Below are positions 1-13,439 of a DNA stretch of 64,000 nucleotides, piece after piece. This DNA is from Xylographa opegraphella (taxonomy: Eukaryota). The notes beneath the pieces are model-generated. The model made no database searches, was not told where the DNA came from, and saw only the letters and a program-made list of their open reading frames with translations. The translations under genes were made by a program, and so were the position numbers. The stretch lies in NCBI GenBank assembly GCA_022813865.1, contig JALDZX010000044.1, positions 1-64,000 of the forward strand. The letters are read 5' to 3'. Position 1 is the first letter of the stretch, and every line of letters begins with the position of its first letter.

Positions 1-387
1 CACCGAATATACGATTACTGTTGCCCCCGCCCTGATCCAAATACACGTGCCTTTTAATAAATACTATATAAAGGTTTACGATTATATAAAATATTTATTC
101 GAACGGGCGAAAGCCCTTTTTCGATACTCGAACCTTCATAATACTTCGTATCGAATTGGGTAGGTCGTTTATTAGTGCGATTAGGCGAGCCGTTAGCGGC
201 TTCACCTGCGACAGTTAAAGACGAATACGAACTGGGTGTCCCGATTGGGGAGCCGATTGTCAATCATTGAAGTTGAGTAGTTTAATAGATTTAATATTCA
301 CTCTTAATGCAGTCCTCATGATGTTTACGGGGAATGGAAGTGGAGAGCACATCTCGATATATGATTTATACACACGGTTGCAAAGTG

Positions 388-2112
388 TCAAGTGCTGCCC
401 GGCCCTCCTAATAATGCAAACCTCCTAAAAATATGGATTAGCATTTGTCATGTATTCAAATGGTCAAGTAGCCATACCGTACAATACTCGGCCCCATTTC
501 GTCGTATTCTGCGACATTCAATTCGAGGTTAGTCATGCCATTTGTTTGAACTCCTGAGGTCATGATCCCATACCTGCTTTTGTGTGGCAGTAACTTCTAA
601 ACTCCGGGGTCTGGCCAAGCAGACTGCCTCCAAACCATGGGCCATGTCTCTGCCTTTTATGCGTTATAACCTGCACCTCTAGGCCCCCGCTTTTGGCTCC
701 ACCGCTTCGAGCTTCGGATGCCTTGATTCGAGCATCGACAAGGTGGCGTATATCCCGCTGTAGCCTCCGTCCGAAGTCCTTATAGAGTGTGGAACCTCCG
801 GAAAGCACGATATTCTTATAAAGACCCCTCCGCACATCTATTGGCGATGATTGGATCACACCGTCAACGACAGTAGGTAGAGGTGTCAGAAAATCCGAAG
901 AGGCGATTTCAGGATTGAAGAAGATCTCAGGCGCTAGGAATCGCTCATAACCAACGTCGACCGTGACACTGCGTCCATTCGGTGAGGTTACAGTATGCTT
1001 CAGGAATCGATCTGGCTCTTTATCGAATCTCGCAAACTCTTTGACCATATCTGGACAAACGTAGCAATACTCTTCCTTGACTTTTTCGGCTGTTTTCAAG
1101 CTGGAATCGGGTTCGCCTCGATCTCGCAATAGTGATTGCACGAAATAAGTAATATCCCGTCCTGCAATCGGTATACTTTTGATGGAGCTACCAATAACGT
1201 ACCCTTCAGCCACAGGGATAACGTGTGTAACCCCGTCTCCAGAGTCAATGACGGTGCCTGTCAGCGAGCGATCCGAGACCTTGGAAGATGTCCAAGATGC
1301 GGCCAAAGCCAATACAGCTTGAACCGCAATATATAAACCAGCACAATTGAAAGATTCAAACATTATCTCTGCTGTATTCTCCCGGTTTTCTGGCGGGTTA
1401 AGAGGCTGTATGCACAATTAGTATAACTGTGCTTGATAGAAAACCACAACTTAACGTATATGTACCGGTTCTGTAAGGAGAAAGTAGTGGTCTTCCGGCT
1501 CAACTCGCAAGTATTTAAAAATCGAGTTTGACCAGAAACGTTCCATGTGATCCTGCCATAGTCAGTGCCATTGTTCTCTGTATTATTTTGATCAGATGAC
1601 CGACCCAATTCTCTACTTGTCCGTGCCGTACTGGATAATGTATTCCATAGCCTATGGCCTCACTTGGTAAATGTTTTTCTGGCTTGAAGCAGCCCATGTC
1701 CTTCGGCGAACCTTACCTGGTCCACTGGCAGCGACGAGTGCCTCGTCGCCGATAAAAAAGTCCAGGTCCTCAGTCCCTCGTTTGCCTGACAACGAACCAC
1801 CAGCTCCGGCCCCACCAGTAAGATAAGAGGGCTTGTTTGCAACCGCCGGTCGGCCAGAACCAGAACCGCCTGCCCCTCCCACGCCACCCTTGGTCGCAAT
1901 TGCGGTGGGGAAGACGAATGACGGAGCGTCGTTACCAGCGAAGCCTAGGAATAACGATCAAAGGTGTGTCTTTATTGTCTGCATCATCACTTCATCGTAC
2001 CTAGCTTCGAGAACCCCGTACCGCTATATAGTCGTGAGTCGGAGTATCGAGGGGCAAGGTGGTACAGATTGACTTACTTGTCCATGACAACGGCGGGGGT
2101 CTGGGAGGCCAT
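388..2112 (-). CDS. ARP3: Actin-related protein 3 (Arp2/3 complex), multi-exon
   Basis: Hand splicing gives [25 protein letters not shown]...[26 protein letters not shown]...[25 protein letters not shown] at 2112, TGA at 388-390, several short GT-AG introns. Confidence 0.97.
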
Positions 2113-3057
2113 ACTGGAAACTCTGTTAGGCTCAATCACAGCGTGAGAAAGCTAACCATCCAAAGTATGAGAAGAAGTCATGACCAGGTAATGCATGATC
2201 CGCGACCCGTGTACCTCCTGGCGTATTTGTGGGGTGAAGCCTGAAATGGCGGCTAAACAACCGCGCGGCAGTTGCCGAGACTTGTGCATAGGATAGGGTA
2301 CTTATGTCGAGAGAACAATAACTATAATATGACGGGTAGGCCCTTCCTCATACGGCCATCTACGTATGGAGTCACATTGGCCACCGAGGTTGTTGAGTAG
2401 CGGGGATCTCGTAGTGTCTGAAGTGTATCCGAGAATGACTTTGCTTCAATTTCATTCAGTTTGTTCGTCCTCGTTCGTTTATTCCTACTTCCGCTGTGAC
2501 AGGCCGCACTCTGTTTATGAGCATCTTTCCTAGGGACTTACCTTTCCATTAATCCTCATTTCTAGTACTGGTTACTACTATTCTATCCTTTTCTGACCCA
2601 CTGAATCACTGTTACTATCCTTTTTGCCAAGCGCTGCGGCCTGGAAACCGTACTCCTCGACCAGTCCCTTGTCGAAAATAGTCCAAAGTCGCTGGGACTC
2701 TTAGCTGTTAACAGCATGCACAGGTCTGGACTCTTGCAATTGAACCCATAGTTAATGGATGACACGTTAGCCAACTGCATAATATCAAGCGACCGAGAGC
2801 TCACTCGATCATCATATGTATCACAGGCCAAACATCAAGATTCCAATCTTCCTGCGAGGATCTAAGCGAATCTACTAATTCCGCTAAGCTGTCTGTCCCT
2901 CATCTCAGACACTCTTCGTTCGGAGTCGACTTACTTACGCCAGTCCTAACACTCTTTTCAGTCGACGAACAGCAGGTTCCAGCGTATCGAGCGAGAATAG
3001 CAAACCGCTAGACCTGACGGATTCGCTGAGCAAGTATCTCCAAGGCCAGCATTAAGC

Positions 3058-5097
3058 ATGCCCTTTCATCGCAAGCGCCTCGGCGGAGACATTTCTGCTA
3101 TCTTCGTTCATGCTGGTGCCGGCTATCATAGCGTCCAGAATGAAAAGGTTCACTTGCAAGCCTGTGCAGAGTATGTGAACGTTACCCCAACTCGCAATCT
3201 ATGATATCGAGTGTCGAGCTGAATCCGTGCATGACAAACACTAACTTGAATCAGTGCTTCTAAAGCTGCAATGGCATTCCTAAAGAATGGAGGCTCTGCG
3301 GTCGACGCTGTTGAAGTGGCTATCAAGGTCTTGGAGGACAAGGAAATCACCAATGCTGGATACGGAAGCAATCTTGCAATTGATGGAACCGTCGAATGTG
3401 ATGCTACACTGGTTGATCATCATGGGCGAAGTGGTGCCGTGGGCGCTGTAAGCCGTACGTTACATCAATTTTGCCGTGCTACTTCTTTGTTTTCCTAATT
3501 TAACCAAGAGATCGCGAATCCAATACACCTTGCTCGACTCGTGCTAGAACATAGCAATCAACCTCTATCATTACGCCGCGTACCACCGAATCTTCTCGTT
3601 GGTCAAGGGGCCACTGATTTTGCTTTCGAATGTGGTATTCCTGTGCTACCTCATGACTTTCTCATCTCACCTGCGGCAAAAGAACGCTGGTTGAGATGGA
3701 ACCAGGACTTGAAAACGGCTAGACGACATGAAAGCGGTACTAGGTCCGATAACCATGACGCACTTGAGTACAGAGGTCATCCCGGTCTGGAACGCATGCA
3801 CAGCCGTCAGCTGCAAGGGCTCAGAAATGAGAGCCAGCCTTACTCTCCAGTGCTCACACCAACGGAGTCATCGGAAAATGGCAACCTCGAAGATTTCTTT
3901 CCACGGACCCAGCTGTCCCCTGGGCGCCCTACAGTACCCATGCACCCGCAGCTTTACGACTCGTCTCCTACGCCGCATCCTCTTTCTATTGACTCGACAC
4001 CCTTAGCACGGAGATGGGCTCCTTCCTCTTTGGAATATCAAGGCAATGACGGACACTCGTCTCATCGCCTTTACAGTTCGTCTGATGGTGAGGTGGCGGA
4101 ATATTCTGATGACGAGAGCTTCATTGATCCCGACCCCATATGGGCCACTTCCATGCCGCTAGCAGCAGTCGCTGAGGATGATTTTTCCGAGAATGAATGG
4201 GAAGCCTCAACATCACACAGCTCGATATCTACAAACTCGGTCGCATCCACTCTTCCACTTGATAGTCAGCTTGATGGTAATGCGGGTACCAATAGCAGTG
4301 AACTCTCATCCTTCGAGGACAATATCACTGATACAGTCGGGGCTATTGCAGTGGACTGTTTTGGTCACATTGCGGCTGGCTCATCCTCTGGGGGTATCGG
4401 CATGAAGCACAAGGGTCGTACAGGCCCAGCGGCATTGGTGAATATTGGCACAAGCGTAATTCCTGTTGACCCACAAGACAAGTCTCGTACATGTCTTGCA
4501 ACAGTGACTAGCGGCACCGGTGAACACATGGCCACGACCTCCGCGGCAGGTCTTTGTGCTACTCGTCTCTATTATAACCAAAAGAAAGGGAAGGCCGGAC
4601 AAATCGAGGAGACTGACGAGGAGGGAGCCATACGAGGTTTCGTGGAGAAAGACTTTATGGGTGTGTGATGATACTCGAAATTGCATATCAGAGCTTGTCA
4701 CTGACCTGCATTATTCAGGACATCCATCGGTGAAGAATAGTCACTCAGCTGGAGCTATCGGAATTATGGCAGTCAAGAAAGAAGCATGCGGAATCTGGCT
4801 TCATTTTGCGCACAACACCGATTCTTTTGTAGGTTTCCCAAAATTCACCGGAGTTCTTTCTCCTAGAGAAGAAGCTAACACTACCACTTGCAGGCTCTGG
4901 CCTCATTCCATTCCGAAGAAGTCGAACCGACTTGCGTTATGTCCCGCGGTAGGGGCAACGGTGCGATCACTTCTGGTGCTCGTTCTATAAGACATTACGA
5001 TGCACGAACCAGTGCCTCCGCCCGCAGTTCCATGGCTGATGAGCCCAAATCGAAAAAGCAAAAGATCAGTCGAGGATCCTCGTCACGACTCACGTAA
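3058..5097 (+). CDS. Taspase-1-like (threonine aspartase / asparaginase-2 family) Ntn-hydrolase
   Basis: N-terminal AIFVHAGAG, then LEDKEITNAGYGSNL...VECDA, autocleavage site D|TVGAIAVD, SSSGGIGMKHKGRTGPAA and TSGTGE motifs. Intron-containing. Confidence 0.88.
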
Positions 5098-5329
5098 TCA
5101 CATTGCGGTGGCGCTACAACTGCTTCGTTTGGTCTTGGCCTTTGATCTCTTCTACATGCGGATAGCGCTGGCATTGGAGGCAGCGACAGCGCCTTTCGTC
5201 CACCAGTTTACAAGCTCGCTGTGGGTCTTTCTGGGTTCGAGCACTATAGCTCCTCTGGTAATGTAGATATGTCACTCAGCCCAAAGATCATTTCGCACAA
5301 GATGAACAGGCTATGAAATCAAAACTTTC

Positions 5330-5421
5330 GTTCATTCATTGTGATCTAGTTTTGTTCATTCATTGTGATCTAGTTTTGTTCATTCATTGTGATCTAGTTT
5401 TGTTCATTCATTGTGATCTAG
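5330..5421. repeat. Tandem repeat, 24-bp unit GTTCATTCATTGTGATCTAGTTTT, ~3.8 perfect copies
   Basis: Units start at 5330, 5354, 5378 and 5402, in the convergent intergenic region. Confidence 0.95.
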
Positions 5422-5559
5422 GTTCATGCACGCTCGTAGCAATTCCCGGAATTTTCTCGAGATGCGTGTAGCCTATCCACTCCGTGCTCGTTCATCCTGA
5501 TCGTCATTCGCCAATGCCTTGCCCAGGTTTCCTTCCGTAACGCAGTCGATCCATCCACT

Positions 5560-6850
5560 TCAGCCCGTGGCCGGTGTTTCTGCGCCTTCCTTCCTCCCCT
5601 TGTCCTTCTTCTTACTCTTCTTCCTCATCACCACCGCCGGCTTCGCGCCATAATTCCCCAAACGCAAGTGCGTGCCGCAAGTCAAGCACACGGCCCCCTC
5701 GGGCGGCTCGCAGAAAATGCTCAGGCAGATGCTGCACACGAACCCGATGTCGACCACCTTCCGGTGGCAGAAGCACGCGGCGCGGAAGTCGACACTCGCC
5801 TGCGTGGAGCTGATCAGGTGGGCGCGGGCGGTCACGTCGGGGAGGAAGGCGTGCAGAAGGGTGGGCAGGATGCCGTGTGCGGGAGGGGCGCCGCCGGTCC
5901 CGGGTGCGTGTTGGCGGCTGTCGAGGGAGATGTACGTCCCGTTCGTGGCGTCGGCGGCTTGCTGGAGGAAGGAGGACGAGCCGGAGAGGGAGAGCACGTC
6001 GATGGGGATTTGGAGGCGTTGCGCGGCGAAGATGCAGTTCATGAACGGGATGTATTGCGCGGGCGAGGCGGCGGAGACGGACAGCACGAGGATGCGGGCT
6101 GTGAGAGTCGCGGGGGTGTTCAGGGACGAGGTTGTGGCGCCAGAGGTGGAGCTCGTGGGCGCGAGGAGCACGTTCTGCTTGTTGATATAGGAGAGTGCGA
6201 GGGTCAGAGCGCCGGCTAAGGCGGTGGTGTGCGTGGAGGAGACGGAAGCCGGGGTGGTGGTCGCGAGGAGACGCTCGAGCGAGGCGAAGATCGTGGTGGA
6301 GACCTGGTGGAATGGGCGGTAGATGTTCGCGTCGTCGGTGGGGTGTGCGGTGTTGGAGTGGGGGAGAGATGGGGTGCTGCCGATGGTGGGGGGTGGACCT
6401 CGGGGCCCGTTCAGAGTGAGTTTCGGCTTTGGGGCGGAGGGAGGGTCGTCGGCCATTTCGGTGTCGGGGTCATCAGAGTCGGGTGGGACATCGTTCGAAG
6501 GTGCTGCGGGGGTGGTGTGCGGAGCAGGGTACAGGTAGTCTGCGCGCTGGAGGTGGCTGGCGATGACGGCGACCTTGTTGGCATTGTTGAAGGCGAGGTG
6601 AGCGTTGATGAAGACGATGAGGTTGGCTACGACCTGCGAGAGGGTGAGAATGGGCTCAAGAAGGGCCCAGGCGTGGGGATTGGTGTCGAGGACGATGGTC
6701 AGCAGCGAGGTGGGTGGTTCTGTTGGGTTACGATCAGTATGGAGCTTGAGATATTGGCTGTATCTCTGTGCAAGAGTGTCTGTATTTCTCAGCTTGAGAC
6801 TTACCAGAAGATGTCCTTTCGTAGTGCTCGGTGCCGTCCACTGCGTCCAT
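5560..6850 (-). CDS. TFB4: TFIIH subunit Tfb4/p34
   Basis: SLLTIVLDTNPHAW vWA-like start, QYIPFMNCIFAAQR, C-terminal VDFRAACFCHRKVVDIGFVCSICLSIFC zinc finger. Probable start MDAVDGTEHYE at 6850, followed by an intron of ~85 nt. Confidence 0.93.
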
Positions 6851-6998
6851 GTTGACTGTGTCGGGAGACTCAACATCCTGAGGTTGGGGGGGTTTGGGTC
6901 GAAATGGGGGCTCATATGTACGCGGTTCAGTCTGCGGGATCGTGACTGCGACTGTTTGGTGTGAGTTGCTCATCGTGATATTTCTACACAGAGCTTAT

Positions 6999-7147
6999 GG
7001 TCCGTGCGAGCGTGATAGTAACAAACTTGTGGTCCGTGCAGACGTAGATTTAAGTACTCTTTGGTAAAGTGCAAGCGTAGATGTACCACAGTAAGAAGCT
7101 TGAGGTCCGTGCAGACGTAGATATAAGATTCCAGACGTGCAGATAAG
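6999..7147. repeat. Degenerate ~32-41 bp-period array of GGTCCGTGCAGACGTAGAT-like motifs in the TFB4/DAD3 divergent promoter
   Basis: Near-identical copies at 7031 and 7104; degenerate copies at 6999, 7063 and ~7135. Confidence 0.7.
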
Positions 7148-7281
7148 CACTAACAGTGGACCGACGACACTTCTGCATCTACTCCGATCGCTTCGCTTCC
7201 AGGAGTCACTCCTCGTCACTTCCGAAACATTCACTACGCTTCGTCTACTTGTGAGGTCAACTCTCTAATTCCAGTCACTTC

Positions 7282-7629
7282 ATGGCTTCCAACACTGGGT
7301 CTGACCCCACCACCACTCCGCCCAGCCATACTGCCCCGCCGCACCAATCATCGGACTCTCTGTCCCCGCTCGAGCAAGAAGTCTTGGAGGAATACGCCCT
7401 CTTGCTCGAGAACCTGAACAAAGTACGTAACGAAAGCTGCCTTTGCTAGCCTTTCAACTAATTTTATCAGCTCTCGCCCATCCTTGAGTCTCTCTCGACC
7501 AATCCCACGGCGCAAGTCCTCGACGGGTTACGCATGCTGGAACGGAAGACCAGCTTGGTCAGCACCTTGTTGAAAGCCAGTGTCTATAGTATTGTCCTGC
7601 AGCAGGAAATGCTGGAGGGGGAGGAGTGA
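7282..7629 (+). CDS. DAD3: DASH/Dam1 complex subunit Dad3 (2 exons, intron 7423-7470)
   Basis: Spliced translation ...LSPLEQEVLEEYALLLENLNK|LSPILESLSTNPTAQVLDGLRMLERKTSLVSTLLKASVYSIVLQQEMLEGEE* matches the Dad3 signature. Absent from the ORF track. Confidence 0.93.
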
Positions 7630-8207
7630 TTGGTGACTGGGATTATGAGCAGAAAGATTCTCACGTTCGAATGCGAATGATTGTATAACAGACTTTCATG
7701 TGGTGGATGGACGGTAGAAGATGACCCAATTAAGTGTATGGATGGTCTTCATGGATATTCAGCTGGAAGATCTACCAAACCCGCAATGGGGCACGCACGT
7801 AGGTACGCTGCACCTCTGCAAGAGATTCTGCCATGCCTCTAGTACTGTCAGTATACTGAGCGACTGAAGAAAGCCTTAGCATGCGACGTGGCACAAGATC
7901 AGGAACAGAAAGAAAAGAGAAGCAGTGAGCGGACGATATCAGAACATTGGGCTCAATGTACTCTATCGGTGTGCTTCTGCTGGAGGTGTGAGCTTTGTGG
8001 GACGATTGTCGACGCACTACATAGCTGAAATTGAGGCGACGTAGTGTCTCAATAGTTCACATTTTGCAGGCTTTATGAACGAGTTTTGATCAGAACGTTT
8101 GATAATTGAATCAACGGAACTCTTCCGTTTTACAACGATATTCCACGAATTCCTAGGTAGATGAAACTATATATTTCTCAGTATGTACACTAAGCTGTGT
8201 AGCACAA

Positions 8208-9560
8208 TTATACAAGCCCTCCATAATACACTTTCCGTACATCCACCAGCTTCTTTCCCCTTGCCCGTGCCACTTCTTCCGGCAATCTTTGGCTGAGTAA
8301 TGCTTGCATTGTCGCCTTCACGGTATTCATCGGATTCCGAGCTCTAGTGACACGGGCTCCAAGGTCCGATATACCGGCACATTTACAGATCTCGTAAATC
8401 AAATGCTGGCATCGTATTCCAAAGCCTAATTCTCGTTAGCCAAAATTCCAGTGATCAAGAGCCGATGTAGCTCCATGAATTGACATACCTGGCGGTCTCG
8501 TCATCAACTGCAGCTCGGTTGCGCCTACCTTCCCCTTTACATCCCCGAAGATCGTCCGCTCTTCATAACGCACCACTGGCACCATGTTCCGTATCGCATT
8601 TGCGGCGCTCTGTCGCTGCGCATCCTCCGGCTCTGTGCTTTTCCCCTCTCCAATCCCCACCATCCCATTCCCGTTCCCTGCCACGGTCAAGTAATACATA
8701 CTCTGCACTTTCCCCATTCTTGTCTGGTTGACCACTCGATGCACATTCAGGATCTTCAACCTCAGTCTCCTGATTTGTTCCAGGCTCAACCCAGTCTGCT
8801 TCATTAGCCGCTGCATATTCGGATCACTGGCAGCATCATCGCCACCCTGCCCCGCCGCTGCATTTTTCACTGCCGAGCGTGTCATGGCGTCAGTCAGCTC
8901 CGGAATCTCTGGCGCCTCGTAGCTCCGAGCATTCAACTCCGCTTCAGGCTTGCCGACCGTTAGTCGGTTACGTTTCTCGAACTCGACAAAAGATTTTGCG
9001 GGATCCGTGTCGGGTTCAAGGGAGTCGACCCACCGCGCAAGGTCGTCGGCAAACTCGTCTTCATCTTTGAAGCGGAGTTTGGGGTCGTAATTAGATTCGG
9101 ACTCACGCACGGGTTCGTCGATAACGGCGCGGATCTCAGTGAAGTCGTCGAGGTACTTGATGGCCATTGGGTCGGCGCGGATGGCACCTTGTTCGAGGAG
9201 ATCCTCAGGCGAGATGGCGGCCTCGCCAGCTTCGAGTGCGGCAAATTGGGTAGGGTCCATTGTTTGCTTCATGGTTTGTAGTTCTTTGGGCGTGTACCGT
9301 GGTAATACGTCGGCGGCGGATTTGGAGGCAGCCGTGGTCGGAGTAGTGGTGGCATCGTCGGACGTAGTGAGACCAAGGGTAGAGGCTTTGATATTCGGAA
9401 ACTTTGGAGAAGGGCGTGAGCGGTGGCTAGGTGAGGAGTGAAGGTGCTGCCGTTTTGGGAGGTTAGGGAGGATCGAGTAGGAGAGGTGTGACGGCGGTGA
9501 CGGGCGCAGAGATCTGGAGGATTTTGCGAAGACGCATCTTAGACAGTATGGGCGGCTCAT
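8208..9560 (-). CDS. MRPS5: Mitochondrial small-subunit ribosomal protein uS5m
   Basis: Arg/Ser-rich presequence, HRVVNQTRMGK...VAGNGNGMVGIGEGK, RYEERTIFG, then after an intron EICKCAGISDL...RNPMNTVKA. Confidence 0.93.
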
Positions 9561-9846
9561 TGAAGGCCGCAACCGAAGCACACACTCTACTGTTTGGTGC
9601 GTGTCTTGGTCGAATATAGTACTGATGGCCTGTTGCGAAGAATACCTAGATGTTCGATATTTGTGCACGCTTCATAAATTCTCTCAGTGCACAAATATCT
9701 TGGCGTTCGTGCTTCGACGTCAAAACTCCGGCTGTAATTTATCAGGAGTTCACAGATGTAACCTGCATGACTGCTTGGTTGACAGTACCAGTAGCTTTGT
9801 ACCCAGTATCAAAAAGAATGTTAATAACACACATTGATACTACCTC

Positions 9847-12434
9847 ATGGCTAGTAGCACAGGAAACAGTGATAGAGCAACCTGGCTGACCCAGCAAGCA
9901 CTGAAACTCGTAGCTGCTGGCAATCTTGAGGTTTCTGACCGTTCATCCAACATGTTTGCATTTACTGACTGACAGAAGACCAGGAAGGATCTCGAAAGCT
10001 ACGAGAGGCTATTTCTCTTGCACCAGACAACCAGCAAGTGAAGGCTGCTTTTGTTAAAATACAGGCAGATAGTACAATTGATGTTGTCCTCAAGCTTTGT
10101 GAGCGCTTTACCGAGAACAATGATTCAGAAGCGGGAAACGAAGCTGTATCGTACATTACTGCCCGTGGTTCCCAGATCTCCAAACCAATTGCTGTCCAAT
10201 GCCTTCAGCTCCTGATTAAGCAAAAACATGTGCAGGATAAAAAGGCCCGGGATTCGCTCGTCGCAGGCCTGCTTTTGTACTGTTCAGGTGCAAGAGAGCA
10301 TCTTGCTAAGCAACTCCAAGACTCGTTGAAAAGCTCGTTCGATGAGTATTATGAGATTGGGGATGGCTCTGCTACTGGTTTGGCTGTAGCAGTCTTGGAT
10401 CCTGCAGCTTGGGCCACAGAGGCCGTACGTGAACTTTGGGAGAAAGATGTTTTCAGACTCTTCATGGCCAAGCTATTAGAGTCAGGTAATGATCACAATG
10501 GGAGAGCTATGAGGGGTGTAGCTCGGCTCCTCACTACCGACGCAGCGAAGCTTCACGCTATCATAGACGAGGACTCTTTCGACGTAATCCTGGCATCGCT
10601 AGACAACAGATTATCATTAGAAACCCGAAGTCAAGCAACACTGGCTACCGCTAAGTACTTAGAGGTATTGGACGCAACCGGCCAAGAGCAGCTGTCCAAA
10701 TTTATCACAACCAGAATTGGAAATCATACCAGCGATGATCTTATCATTGCATTCTCTGCCGCTGCCGCAGTCTTTCCTTTGGTGCCAACAATGGCCTCCT
10801 CGCTATTCCTATCCGAAGGCTTTGTCCCGTCTTTAGCCGCCCTACTAGAGAAGGAAACAAAATCTCAAAAGGTCGAACAAGCTGCCTTGGACATGCTGAG
10901 CGCAGCTTGTGTTGATAGTGGATGCCGTGAAGCCATTCGCGAGCATTGCTTGAGATGGCTCCATATGATTATCAAAATCGGTCAAATACAGAGACAAGGA
11001 CAAGCAGCCGTTATTCTTGCTAAGGTAAAGAGTACCAATGCTTTAGATAAAGTATCTCCGCTGGGCAAAGATGCCGAAAATGATATCGGAGATGTCGTTC
11101 CAATGCTTCAGGGTATGTTACTTGATGGTGATGACACTAATAGAAAGATCTCAATTGAGGGCCTGGCATATGCATCTATGCAGGCAAAAGTCAAGGAAGA
11201 AATTGCTACTAACAAAGCTCTTCTTGAAAGGCTTACTCACGTTCAAGACGTTTCACCTTTGGCGGGATCACTGTCAATGAACGTGAGAGCACTTCCAAGC
11301 GGGCAAGATCCAATAAACATGTCTGTGGTCTTTGGTACACTTACTATCCTCGAAAATCTCACACGTTATCTCCCTCGATTATCTGAAGAACAGAAACGTA
11401 TGTCGCAGCTTAAATCATATGCGAATGCTGCACCAGCGACAATGCAGTCAGATCCCCTGGATGATGATGATCATGTTAGCGATCGCTGCAAATCCGTACT
11501 AGAAGCCAACGTGGTTCCTTACATGATTAATGTCGAACAAGTTCTCAAACCAAAAGGGCTTTCACCTTCAAATTTGGCGATGATGGCAAGAATATTGTTA
11601 TCGTTGTCAAGAACGACTCGAGCCCGGGGAAAGCTTGTACAGCAAGGAGCCATTCTCCTGCTTCGCTCAATATACGAAACCAAATCTCTGGAGAACCATG
11701 AAAAGAGACTTGCTGCTCATGCTCTCGCTCGGATTCTCATATCCGTTGATCCACAGCTGCTTATCAAGGATCGAACGGCATCCATTGTCGAGATGGTGTT
11801 ATCGCTGTTGAGAAATTCTGATGCAGACAACTCTGATGGGCCCAGAGATCTGCTTCCCGAATTTGAAGGTCTACTTGCCCTCACAAACCTTGCCCCGGAC
11901 CCTGAACTCAATGCAGGTACTCAGATTGTCAAGTCCATTTTTGATAAAATAGAGGAGCTATTGCTAAGTAGTACTCCCCTGCTACAACGGGCTGCTACTG
12001 AACTTCTCTGTAATCTCATGACCTGCCCTTTGGGTCTGCAGAAGCTCGCCGACGGTTCGAAAGTGGCGAGCCGGAGACTACACATTGTCCTTGCGCTAGC
12101 AGATGCAGAAGATATTGCTACGAGACAGGCTGCTGCTGGTGCTCTAGCTATGTTGACTGAGTGGTTCGAAGTTGTGGTGAAGGCCATATTGGAGCGGGAA
12201 CGCGGTTTGAAGATCCTGCTTACCCTTTGCGAAGACGACGAGAAAGGCTGCGTGCATAGGGGGGTTGCATGTATTCAGAATATGGTTATGACTAAAGGTG
12301 ATGTTGGTAAGAGAGCTTGTGAAGATGTCAGGGCACTGGATGGTGTTGCTGTTTTGAGGCGGGTTCTGGTGACCTGTAAGAGCAACGAGGTCATTGTTGA
12401 GAGCTGCATAAATGCTTTAGAGGCATTGACATGA
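9847..12434 (+). CDS. SHE4: UCS-domain myosin chaperone She4/CRO1/UNC-45 family
   Basis: IEGLAYAS, RGKLVQQGA, AAHALARILISVDP, FEGLLALTNLA and QRAATELLCNL UCS/ARM motifs. Probable first exon 9847-9930. Confidence 0.9.
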
Positions 12435-13439
12435 TCTACGATCGAAGGTTTATTTAATTCACATCCACGCGAATTCGAGCTATGCAAGGTCTGGTGTATT
12501 AACGATTTAACCGACGATCGTGAACTCATCGATAATGTCGTTCAGCGAACTTCTGAGCATCTAGATAATCTGGTCTTTCTGTACCGAAATCCTCCACTTT
12601 CAGGGATCATGGCACTATCTCCTGCTCTCTGATCAGATGGGGATGTTTTCCATCTTGACTCTGCTTGTCCACCGTGTTCTTATCTCTTGGTTGCCAGACA
12701 TATTTGATGTCAATGCACTGTGCCCGTCTGCCATATGGTCCCCAATTCTTTCAGTACATTGCATCAACTGATTACTACGATTGTAAACCATCAATGCTGA
12801 AGTCCCCAATAAAAACCCCATTCATGCAGTCATACGGAACAGGGCACCCTTATTCGGAACTTAGGCTACTTAGCCTGATGGATTCCAAAATACAACTGGA
12901 CCCTAGGACGCGCTTTTCAGCTATGGACAATGGATAGTATAAGTTACATGTCTAAAGCATCTTTGGAAATGACGGCCCGATTCGCATGCGTGTGGTTTTC
13001 TCAAGCCTCTGAGAACGAAGCAAAGGTTGAGACTGTGATCGGTACGACAACAGCTTGGAGATAGTGAGCGAAGGTATTATTTAAAGTCCGAAACAAATGA
13101 CTAGGGCATCAGGAGCGAACCGGAAGGTAATATTTGACAAGGTAGCAACCATGATTTACTCGGACAGTAAGAAGTCGGTAATTTCTCCCTTGCCACAATG
13201 CAGAGAATACAGACTAGAAATAACCCAAAATGTTATCGAATGCTTGATGCGCCTGAGCACGACTGTTTTCAGTTATGGAAACTTTTACTTTCCGATACTG
13301 ATTTCATTAGTGGGAGGACGAAATTATCAATGATGAAGCCATGCTAAGACAATCCACATCTCCTTACCCATGACGAGAACTTCCAGAATTTATCGAAATT
13401 TTCAACCTCGTGTCATACCCCACGTCCACCGCAAGACCC

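Noticed and set aside
3700..4320. Long low-complexity insertion in the taspase-like protein
   Set aside because: It lies just before the autocleavage site, a linker position that tolerates insertions in this family.
6851..6973. Longer TFB4 N-terminus from the upstream in-frame ATG at 6973
   Set aside because: Possible, but the MDAVD start resembles fungal Tfb4 N-termini better; unresolved without transcripts.
6999..7147. CRISPR-like repeat/spacer appearance
   Set aside because: Eukaryotic context, degenerate repeats, very short spacers and no cas genes.
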